This document shows positions 1-7,812 of a DNA stretch of 64,000 nucleotides, one piece after another. Under the pieces are notes generated by a model. That model was not told where the DNA came from, made no database searches, and saw only the letters and a list, made by a program, of their open reading frames with translations. How positions within the stretch are numbered: the stretch's first letter is position 1; the number at the start of each line of letters is the position of its first letter. A program made the position numbers and the translations under genes. Source of the stretch: Minisyncoccia bacterium. GTDB taxonomy: Bacteria; Patescibacteriota; Minisyncoccia; Phycocordibacterales; UBA9973. The stretch lies in NCBI GenBank assembly GCA_041737125.1, contig JBGSSJ010000003.1, positions 15,718 to 79,717 of the forward strand, written 5' to 3'.

Positions 1-483
1 TCCAGTATCAGTAAGCACATCACTATCACTACCTAGTAATGGTGTGAGCTTTTCAGCGGTATTACCTGTATACCACTTCGCTGAGTGGAAAGTCAAAGTC
101 TGAGATGAAGATATAGTCGCATTAACTGGTGATAGTGAGACACTACCATTATCTGACATTATTCTACCTGTGAAAGAGTGACTTGTAGAATTGTTGTTGT
201 GAGAACGTCTCACAGAGACACTAGCGTTCTTCGCTGTCTCATTACCAGTATTGTGGTAATAAATTCTAACATTTATCATATCTCCTCCTTTTGCAGACAC
301 GCTAGAAAGAGGCCAACAAGGATTAATATATCCTTGATTTGTTGTGGCATTAACTATACTTATACCTTTACATTCATTTGATGCTTGATTCCAAGTCACC
401 GCTGCAAAAGCACTCTGTGCTACGAAAAGCAAAGCGAAGCTAAATATACCGACTATTATTTTTTTCATAAAATTTTTCTTCAT
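1..483 (-). CDS. Secreted/surface protein, 3' part outside window (not in ORF track)
   Basis: Open frame from ATG at 483: MKKNFMKKIIVGIFSFALLFVAQSAFAAVTWNQASNECKGISIVNATT...VRIYYHNTG...; signal peptide, Ser/Thr-rich, runs off the window edge. Confidence 0.75.
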   Translation of the reverse strand, partial: MKKNFMKKIIVGIFSFALLFVAQSAFAAVTWNQASNECKGISIVNATTNQGYINPCWPLSSVSAKGGDMINVRIYYHNTGNETAKNASVSVRRSHNNNSTSHSFTGRIMSDNGSVSLSPVNATISSSQTLTFHSAKWYTGNTAEKLTPLLGSDSDVLTDTG

Positions 484-625
484 ATGATTAATCTAAATTA
501 TTATTACTATTTACAATTTTAAACCTTCAACTATTGGATAAGTTAAAGACTTAAAAAAGCAAGGAATGTTTATCGGTTAGATATAACATTCCGTACTGAT
601 GTTTAAAGGTTTAAAGAACAAATTC

Positions 626-1345
626 TTAATCCGGTGTTGTGGGTGCACCACCTGGTCCACCACTTTGATTACCACCTCCTCCTTTGAGAAGAATTGCTGC
701 AAGAGTTCCCAACACAATACCAGTACCGATACCGATAAGTAACCCTTTTCCATTTTTTTTCTTCTTTTCTGCGGGTGCTGCAGGAGGACGATTGTTTGGA
801 ATTTGTAGGTTTGACACTACAAACGGTTTTGGGGTTTCAAACTTCTGGAACGGATCCAGGCGAATGAATTCGGTTTTGGCTGGTGGGGGTGTATCAACAA
901 CTGGTGGTGGAGATGGTGGCACATAAGTTGTGCAACACATTGCAGGTGGCGTGTTTACCTTTTCAGGTATCCTGGCTACCTCTTCTAGAACAAGAAGATT
1001 TTTGCAGGCTTCTGCGTAAACGCAGCCACCTTCCTTGGTTATCCTAACCGCTCCATCAAGCTCAGTTAGATGAGCCTTCTTGGAATCGAAATTCCAAAGC
1101 AAACCTGACCCTTTAGTGCCCATTTGAGGGAATGCATCCCCCAACAAAATAACTTGATTATTATTTTGTGTCGCGTGGAAAGGGCATCCTTCCGCCAACT
1201 TTTTTGCTTCCACAGATCCAACAGATCCGTAAAAGCCTCTATTTTGCCCCACGAGAACCTTGGTTCCCTTAAGCTTATAAGAGTATTGAGCTTGTGCCGA
1301 AAAGCTCATAAATACGATAACGGCAAATGTAAGTAACTTTTTCAT
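626..1345 (-). CDS. Orphan exported protein with Pro-rich linker and C-terminal membrane anchor
   Basis: Signal peptide (..SAQAQ), PPSPPP linker, KKKK followed by a hydrophobic helix; own promoter. Confidence 0.7.
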   Translation of the reverse strand: MKKLLTFAVIVFMSFSAQAQYSYKLKGTKVLVGQNRGFYGSVGSVEAKKLAEGCPFHATQNNNQVILLGDAFPQMGTKGSGLLWNFDSKKAHLTELDGAVRITKEGGCVYAEACKNLLVLEEVARIPEKVNTPPAMCCTTYVPPSPPPVVDTPPPAKTEFIRLDPFQKFETPKPFVVSNLQIPNNRPPAAPAEKKKKNGKGLLIGIGTGIVLGTLAAILLKGGGGNQSGGPGGAPTTPD

Positions 1346-1431
1346 TTTCGGTAGTTTGATGTTTGTTTATATCTAAACCCTATGTAAATCAAGGTCAAGA
1401 TATAAACAAACACAAACTTCCCTTTATTCAG

Positions 1432-1460
1432 ATAGTATCATACTTTGCTATAAATGTCAA
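1432..1460 (-). promoter_or_regulatory. Sigma70 promoter for 626..1345
   Basis: TTGACA-17 nt-TACTAT on the minus strand. Confidence 0.7.
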
Positions 1461-1470
1461 GGTATATTAA

Positions 1471-1499
1471 ATGGCCTACCCTGTTAAGGTGTAGGCCAT
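1471..1499 (-). terminator. Hairpin downstream of 1527..2075
   Basis: ATGGCCTAC...GTAGGCCAT inverted repeat. Confidence 0.5.
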
Positions 1500-1526
1500 A
1501 ATTAAGACGTTCGACAGTGGAAAAAC

Positions 1527-2075
1527 TTACTGACTCCAACCAGTAGCTACTTTCGTGGCTTGGTTAGTGGTTTCCTTCAGGTTGAATTGAAGCCAACACT
1601 TTGAGTCAGGCTTACCCCCTAAGTAAAATCTGTTATCCGAAGCAAGAATAAAGGTAAGTTCAAATGTTTTGTCCTCCATGTCGAAAGAGATTTTCATTTG
1701 TGTAACTTTACCTGCAGTGTTTTTTGCAACTGATATCAGCTTGCCTGCTGTCATCTTTTTAACACTCCGGGCAATCTTGTCACTGTTTACGGAAATAGAT
1801 CCATCGGGGTCATATACTGTTTCTTGATCTGAATTTCCTCCCGCAATCCCCATATCTATTGCTGCGGTGTTGTAAAACAATGTAGGAGCGCTCTTCATTT
1901 TTGTGAGATCAAAGTTTGCAAAGTAAGGCTCAAACCAATCTTCAAGCCCTGGTTTTGATTCAACATCTATCTGAGCTGTTGCTTGAGGTTCAGCCACAAC
2001 AACTTGAGGGGCTTTGCAAGCAAAACCAAAAATAACTGCAAGCGCTACTACAAGCGCGGTGATTTGATTTTTCAT
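1527..2075 (-). CDS. Orphan putative lipoprotein
   Basis: Hydrophobic signal ending FGFAC (lipobox-like); own TTGACA promoter at 2207-2212. Confidence 0.7.
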   Translation of the reverse strand: MKNQITALVVALAVIFGFACKAPQVVVAEPQATAQIDVESKPGLEDWFEPYFANFDLTKMKSAPTLFYNTAAIDMGIAGGNSDQETVYDPDGSISVNSDKIARSVKKMTAGKLISVAKNTAGKVTQMKISFDMEDKTFELTFILASDNRFYLGGKPDSKCWLQFNLKETTNQATKVATGWSQ

Positions 2076-2254
2076 AAGAACTGTTTTTTTATAAAGATTA
2101 TTGAATATATGAGATATTTACACCCAAAATACTAGATAGTTTAGAGGCAAATATCACATATCAATAATCTCGCATTTCATCATATATTGGCATATTTTTT
2201 GTTATTTGTCAAGCCCACATCCGGTTCACTTTGTAAATAATTACCACACCCTCT

Positions 2255-2292
2255 TGGCTGCTAATTCCCGCATATGCGGGAATTAGCAGCCA
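2255..2292. repeat. Perfect 38-bp palindrome
   Basis: TGGCTGCTAATTCCCGCAT|ATGCGGGAATTAGCAGCCA. Confidence 0.9.
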
Positions 2293-2383
2293 TATAGAAA
2301 ATGTTTTTATTAATATTAGTGTCTTATATACCCACAAGTAGTGGGGTATCGTATTATTTATTAAATAAGCTATAATAATAAAC

Positions 2384-2668
2384 ATGATCCCGTTAGAGAT
2401 CAGTTATGTTTTATTACACATATATATTAAGAAGCAAAAAAGACGGTAAGTGCTATACTGGTTATACACATGACCTACGGAAGCGCCTTGTGCAACACAA
2501 CAAAGGTTTATCCACTTATACGAAAGGTAGAGGCCCATTTGTTATTATTTATTACGAAGCATGTTTATCAGAGCAAAAAGCTCGGTCGAGAGAATTATAT
2601 TTAAAATCGGGAATGGGCAAGCGTTATCTAAAGAACAGATTAGGCGCTTCCTATCTCTAACGGGATGA
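2384..2668 (+). mobile_element. GIY-YIG mini-element with 14-bp terminal inverted repeats and ATGA duplication
   Basis: ATCCCGTTAGAGAT (2387-2400) / ATCTCTAACGGGAT (2653-2666); ATGA at 2384-2387 and 2665-2668. Confidence 0.7.
2406..2660 (+). CDS. GIY-YIG nuclease family protein
   Basis: YTYIL...YTG.T.DL.KRL.QHN.G...YTK...YYEA...A..RE..LK motifs. Confidence 0.92.
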   Translation: MFYYTYILRSKKDGKCYTGYTHDLRKRLVQHNKGLSTYTKGRGPFVIIYYEACLSEQKARSRELYLKSGMGKRYLKNRLGASYL

Positions 2669-4365
2669 CTATCCAATTTGACGAAGATAAAGAAGAGAAG
2701 AATCTATCCGACCTAAGGAAGCAAGAAGAAGAGGACCTGATACAAATGTTATCAGAATCCAAGTACGGTATACCTGCTATTAACCTCAGTTCCATGCCCA
2801 TCGACAACGATGCTCTCCGTTCTATCCCCGAGAAAGAAGCTATCAATGAGAAAATTGCTCCTTTCAAGGTGCTTGGTCATGATCTACATATCGCAGTTCA
2901 ATCTCCCCACAAAGAAAAGTTGGAAAGCCTCACTGAATACTTCAAAAGTCATGGCTTCACTCCCCACTTCTACATGGCATCTATGGCAAGCTTGCAGAAA
3001 GCTTGGGATAGATACAAAGAGATATCGTACGCTTCCGAATCGAAAGCCGGTAGTATCGCTATATCCGGTGATGCACTGAAGAAAATAATGGCAGATATCA
3101 AAAACATTGAAGATATCAAAGCCGCCATAGTAGAAACACAGAAAGACAAGAGCCACACTACTTCACACATACTTGAGATTGCACTTGCAGGTGCTATCGC
3201 TATAAATGCCTCTGACCTTCACTTCGAACCTGAGCAGGATACTGTGCGTCTGCGTTTCCGACTAGACGGAGTACTACATACGGTTATGGAAATAGATCAT
3301 ACGATTCATAAGTTTATAAACTCTAGAATAAAATTACTCTCCGGACTCAAAATTACAACTGCAGCCATAGCTCAAGACGGGCGCTTCAGCATATACCTTG
3401 ATGAAGATGAGATAAGTCTGCGTGTCTCTCTTATTCCTGGAGCTTATGGTGAGTCTATCGTGATGCGTATACTTAATCCAAAATCTATCCAAGTAAAACT
3501 AGAAGATATGGGTATAGAACCGAAGCTTTTTGAAATATTCATGCGCGAAATCAAAAAGCCGAACGGCATGATCCTACTTACAGGTCCAACTGGTTCCGGT
3601 AAGACTACAACTTTATACTCTTTCCTTCAGAAAATATATTCCACTGAAATAAAAATAATCACTATAGAAGACCCTATCGAGTACCACCTACCTGGTATTA
3701 CTCAGACACAGACCGATAGTGAGAAGGGCTATACATTCCTAGAAGGTTTGCGCTCTGCGCTCCGCCAGGACCCAGATGTAATAATGGTGGGAGAAATCCG
3801 CGATAGTGAGACAGCCAAAATAGCCGTCGAGTCTGCACTCACCGGTCACCTTGTGTTCTCTACTCTCCATACGAATAATGCAGCCGGGGTCATCCCCCGT
3901 CTTATAGACCTCGATGTAAATCCAAAGATTCTTGTCTCTGCATTATCTTTATCTATTGCACAGCGTCTTGTTCGTAAGCTATGTACTCACTGCAAGAAAG
4001 AGAGGGTGATAAGTGAAGAAGAAACAAAAATTATAAAAACAGTAAGCGAGAATGCGAAGGCTCATAATAAAGATTTCAATAGTTATGGAGTCGATATGAA
4101 TGCACCTTGGAAGATATATGAAGCTGTCGGCTGTATGGAGTGTAACAACACTGGCTACAAAGGCCGTATGGGAATATTCGAAGCCATTCATAATGATGCC
4201 CAAATAGAAAAAATAATTCCGAACAATCCAAGTGAGCGCGATATTATGGAAGTTGCTCAAAATCAAGGATCACTCAATATGAAAGAAGACGGAATAGTAA
4301 AAATACTAAAAGGTATAACTTCTTATGAAGAAGTAGGTTCTGTCGTAGACTTCTACGCAGATTAG
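2665..4365 (+). CDS. pilB: GspE/PilB family type IV pilus assembly ATPase
   Basis: ASDLHFEP, GPTGSGKTTT, TIEDPIEY, LRQDPDVIMVGEIRD, tetracysteine motif. Confidence 0.9.
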   Translation: MTIQFDEDKEEKNLSDLRKQEEEDLIQMLSESKYGIPAINLSSMPIDNDALRSIPEKEAINEKIAPFKVLGHDLHIAVQSPHKEKLESLTEYFKSHGFTPHFYMASMASLQKAWDRYKEISYASESKAGSIAISGDALKKIMADIKNIEDIKAAIVETQKDKSHTTSHILEIALAGAIAINASDLHFEPEQDTVRLRFRLDGVLHTVMEIDHTIHKFINSRIKLLSGLKITTAAIAQDGRFSIYLDEDEISLRVSLIPGAYGESIVMRILNPKSIQVKLEDMGIEPKLFEIFMREIKKPNGMILLTGPTGSGKTTTLYSFLQKIYSTEIKIITIEDPIEYHLPGITQTQTDSEKGYTFLEGLRSALRQDPDVIMVGEIRDSETAKIAVESALTGHLVFSTLHTNNAAGVIPRLIDLDVNPKILVSALSLSIAQRLVRKLCTHCKKERVISEEETKIIKTVSENAKAHNKDFNSYGVDMNAPWKIYEAVGCMECNNTGYKGRMGIFEAIHNDAQIEKIIPNNPSERDIMEVAQNQGSLNMKEDGIVKILKGITSYEEVGSVVDFYAD

Positions 4366-4372
4366 AATATAT

Positions 4373-4474
4373 AAAAAATAGTCTTGTGAAAGGGGCTCGA
4401 GAGCGCGACGGCGCAAACGATTGAACAAATTTTGAGCTTCAAAATTTGTGTGCCCTTTCACAAGACTATTTTTT
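4373..4474 (+). repeat. Structured ~100-nt repeat family copy (may also terminate pilB)
   Basis: 22-bp perfect terminal IR; core GCGACGGCGCAAACGAT plus inner AT-rich hairpin. Confidence 0.7.
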
Positions 4475-4479
4475 TTGAC

Positions 4480-4690
4480 CTAAAAAGAAAAAAACATAAA
4501 TCTCTAAACAATCCTTTGATAACGTAAAGCTTCCAAAGTAACATAAGGTTACAGGATAGCCCCAGTAAATATTAAATATAACCAAGACGTCCTACGCGCA
4601 TACATAGAGCACGTGGCCGATTGCTTAGAGATTTATGTCCTCTTCGCGAAAATGCTATAATTGATTTGTAAAAACTCCTTCTAAATTTCT
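4480..4690 (-). ncRNA. Candidate structured RNA or small-peptide mRNA
   Basis: TTGACA(4720-4725)-17-TATACT(4697-4702); 20-bp stem 4494-4513/4619-4638 followed by a U-tract. Confidence 0.4.
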
Positions 4691-4770
4691 GAAGAGAGTA
4701 TAGCATAAGTCTGTTGTAATGTCAAGTAGAATACAGGTAGGTCCTTAAAGGCCCAAAAATAGAAAAATTT

Positions 4771-5760
4771 ATGGATAATAAAAAAAATAACGAAAATAAC
4801 GAAAATTTCTTAGATCAAACACTTCGTCCCAATGCCTGGAATGAGTATATTGGCCAAGAGAACATAAAGGCTAATTTGAAAATTCTCCTAACTGCAGCAG
4901 AAGAGCGAGCGCATCCGGCAGAACACATACTCTTCTACGGTCCTCCAGGGCTCGGGAAGACAACTCTTGCCCACCTAATAGCCAAAGAGACACGTAGGCA
5001 GATAAGAATCACCTCAGGTCCAGCCATAGAGAAGGTAGGAGACCTTGCTTCTATACTTACGAACCTCTCTTCCGGTGATATTGTATTCATAGATGAGATT
5101 CATAGACTAAACAAAATGGTAGAAGAAATACTCTACCCTGCGATGGAGAGTGGTGTACTTGATATTATTATCGGCAAAGGTCCATCAGCCCGGACTATAC
5201 AACTTGAGCTTCCTCCATTCACACTAATTGCAGCAACAACACGTATTGCATTACTATCCTCCCCACTTCGGTCTAGGTTCTCTGGTGGAGTATTCCGACT
5301 GGAGTTCTATAAACATGATGAGATTAAAAAAATATTAAAAAGATCAGGCGTTATACTTGGAATAACACTTGAGGATGATGCATTAGATGAGATAGCTAAA
5401 CGTGCACGATTTACACCACGTACAGCGAATTACTTCCTCAAACGTTGTCGCGACTATGCGCAAGTCCACAAGCTTCCACTATCCAAAGACGCAGTAAGGA
5501 AAGCTCTTGCCCTACTAGAAATCGACGAGCTTGGACTCTCTTCTTCAGATAGAAGGATACTCGAAGTTATAATATCGAAATTCGGTGGTGGACCAGTAGG
5601 ACTCAAAACTATTGCAGCTGCTACATCAGAAGAAGAAGCCACAATAGAAGAAGTGGTAGAACCGTACCTTATACAACTAGGATTACTCGAACGTACAGTG
5701 CGCGGAAGAATAGTTACCAAGATGGGTTATGAGCATTTGGGTTTTGATTATAATAAATAA
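4771..5760 (+). CDS. ruvB: Holliday junction branch migration helicase RuvB
   Basis: LRP...YIGQ, GPPGLGKTTLA, FIDEIHRL, GGPVGL. Confidence 0.97.
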   Translation: MDNKKNNENNENFLDQTLRPNAWNEYIGQENIKANLKILLTAAEERAHPAEHILFYGPPGLGKTTLAHLIAKETRRQIRITSGPAIEKVGDLASILTNLSSGDIVFIDEIHRLNKMVEEILYPAMESGVLDIIIGKGPSARTIQLELPPFTLIAATTRIALLSSPLRSRFSGGVFRLEFYKHDEIKKILKRSGVILGITLEDDALDEIAKRARFTPRTANYFLKRCRDYAQVHKLPLSKDAVRKALALLEIDELGLSSSDRRILEVIISKFGGGPVGLKTIAAATSEEEATIEEVVEPYLIQLGLLERTVRGRIVTKMGYEHLGFDYNK

Positions 5761-5769
5761 TTAAACATA

Positions 5770-6255
5770 ATGAGAATACTTGCTGTAGATCCAGGATTCG
5801 AAAGAATCGGAATAGCTATTCTAGAGAAATTACCCAAAGAGAAAGAATCTTTGGTTTATTCAGATTGCTTTAAGACTTCGGCTAAAATACCTTTTCACGA
5901 AAGATTAACTGCTATAGGTGGAGAACTTGAGAAGATTATAAAGAAGTATAAACCAGAAGCTCTCGCAATAGAAAAGCTATACTTCACTACTAATCAGAAG
6001 ACAGTTATGGGTGTATCTGAAGCACGTGGTGTAATAGTATACTCTGCATCACGTAATGGGTTATCTGTCTATGAATATACTCCCCCGCAAATTAAAGTAG
6101 CCGTTACAGGTTATGGTAAGGCAGATAAAAATCAAGTTATATCTATGGTGGGTAAACTCATAGACGTTAAGAAGGACACTAATTCAGATGATGAGCTCGA
6201 TGCTATAGCTATAGGGCTTACATGTCTTGCTAGCATAAGACCTGCATATAAGTAG
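5770..6255 (+). CDS. ruvC: Crossover junction endodeoxyribonuclease RuvC
   Basis: ILAVDPG, AIEKLYF, EYTP.QIK.AVTGYG.ADK, DELDAIAI. Confidence 0.95.
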   Translation: MRILAVDPGFERIGIAILEKLPKEKESLVYSDCFKTSAKIPFHERLTAIGGELEKIIKKYKPEALAIEKLYFTTNQKTVMGVSEARGVIVYSASRNGLSVYEYTPPQIKVAVTGYGKADKNQVISMVGKLIDVKKDTNSDDELDAIAIGLTCLASIRPAYK

Positions 6256-6345
6256 GGTGGTTTTCCACAGCGTGTGGGCTATTGCAAAGAAAATAATATT
6301 TTGTTACAAATAATTCATTATAATAAGGTTATAAACTATTTACAT

Positions 6346-6519
6346 ATGAGTTACAACGACGACGAAGAATTACAAATTGGTGAATTTAAAGAAGAGGATG
6401 TCCTCGATCTTGATTTAGAGTTAGATGAACCATTAGACCCAATAGAAGAATTAGATTTAGGAGATGATGAAGAAGAGGCAGATGATGAGTTCGCAAGTAT
6501 TGATGGATCAATATATTAA
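6346..6519 (+). CDS. Small, extremely acidic protein (57 aa)
   Basis: MSYNDDEE...; 26 D/E and one K; upstream TATAAT; downstream terminator. Confidence 0.65.
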   Translation: MSYNDDEELQIGEFKEEDVLDLDLELDEPLDPIEELDLGDDEEEADDEFASIDGSIY

Positions 6520-6521
6520 AT

Positions 6522-6559
6522 AAAAATACCCTCCGACCAAGATCGAAGGGGATTTTTTT
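6522..6559. terminator. Bidirectional terminator
   Basis: A-tract, CCCTCCGA..TCGAAGGG hairpin, T-tract between convergent genes. Confidence 0.6.
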
Positions 6560-7742
6560 ATATAACCTCTATTTTACAAAATCTTTTCTTACCTATCCTA
6601 TACACAACAGATTCAACTTTAATATTTGGATTGGAAACTTTTTCTTCATTGTCTAAGTTTGTTATTGCATGCTCAGCAACCAAACGCCTGAAATCTGTTT
6701 TCGAAGAAATTATTTTCTCCTCTAGCAGTACGTCCATCAACAAGGAATCCTTGGGAGCTTTAATTGTTTTAATATCTTGGGGTATTTCATTCTGTTGGAA
6801 AACTTTCCCCCAATTATCTTGTGCATTTTGAGCTTTGGTCTCACCATAATATAAACTTACGACAAAGAAAGCCAATTTCATTTTTAAATCTCTTGGATTT
6901 ACAGTATTTGATGCCATATCACGCGCAATTCCTTCTATCTCATTCATAGATAAATCTGTACAGAGCTCAAATGCAGGTATAATTAACGAATCATTCCAAC
7001 TCATTATCTTACCAAACATTTCTTCTGGCGTATCAGAAAGTGCCACCATATTACCTTCTGTCTTGCCCATCTTTTTACCATCATTATCTTCTAAAAGCTT
7101 GAGTGTAATAACGAATTTTTCTTTATTCTTATATACTTTCATTAGGTTACGACCTTGAAGCATATTAAATGTCTGGTCATTACCACCAATCTCACCATCT
7201 ACATCCATAGCCACAGAATCATATCCTTGCATTAGGGGATACATAAATTCGTGTATTGATATTGGCTTACCTTCCTCCATCCTTTTTTTAAACATGTCGC
7301 GCTCAAGCATTTGCTGAACAGTCATGTGTGAAGCGAGGTTTATTACATCCTCAAAATTCATTTTGCCTAACCACTTGGAATTAAATTTTATCAAAGCTGC
7401 ATTTTTACCAGAGAAAGAAAGCAGTGAACTTGCTTGTTTTTTGTAATTCTTCAGATTAGCCATCACCTGCTTGTGAGTCAGAGGCACCCTTGCTGTAGTC
7501 TTATCTGGGTCACCAATCATAGCAGTAAAGTCACCCATTAAAAGTATCACCTTGTGACCGGCTTTCTGAAACTCGGACAACTTTTTTATAGCAATAGCAT
7601 GACCCAAATGTAATGTTGGGCCGGTGGGATCTATACCAAGATATATTGTAAGCTTCTCTTTTTTAGCAATTTTTGAAGCCAAAAAATCTTTGGATGGGTA
7701 TATATTAGCTATGCTTCTATTTAATAATTCATCTTTTATCAT
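6558..7742 (-). CDS. tyrS: Tyrosine--tRNA ligase
   Basis: GIDPTGPTLHLGH, YPLMQGYD, GGNDQ, KMGKT, S4-like C-terminus. Confidence 0.97.
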   Translation of the reverse strand: MIKDELLNRSIANIYPSKDFLASKIAKKEKLTIYLGIDPTGPTLHLGHAIAIKKLSEFQKAGHKVILLMGDFTAMIGDPDKTTARVPLTHKQVMANLKNYKKQASSLLSFSGKNAALIKFNSKWLGKMNFEDVINLASHMTVQQMLERDMFKKRMEEGKPISIHEFMYPLMQGYDSVAMDVDGEIGGNDQTFNMLQGRNLMKVYKNKEKFVITLKLLEDNDGKKMGKTEGNMVALSDTPEEMFGKIMSWNDSLIIPAFELCTDLSMNEIEGIARDMASNTVNPRDLKMKLAFFVVSLYYGETKAQNAQDNWGKVFQQNEIPQDIKTIKAPKDSLLMDVLLEEKIISSKTDFRRLVAEHAITNLDNEEKVSNPNIKVESVVYRIGKKRFCKIEVI

Positions 7743-7812
7743 AATGAATGTATTTTAACACAAAAGGAAGGCTTTGTCCGTAAATTAAATAATTGTGATA
7801 TGATTATCAAAT

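Noticed and set aside
4771-6255. Loss of ruvA
   Set aside because: Absence from this window does not show absence from the genome
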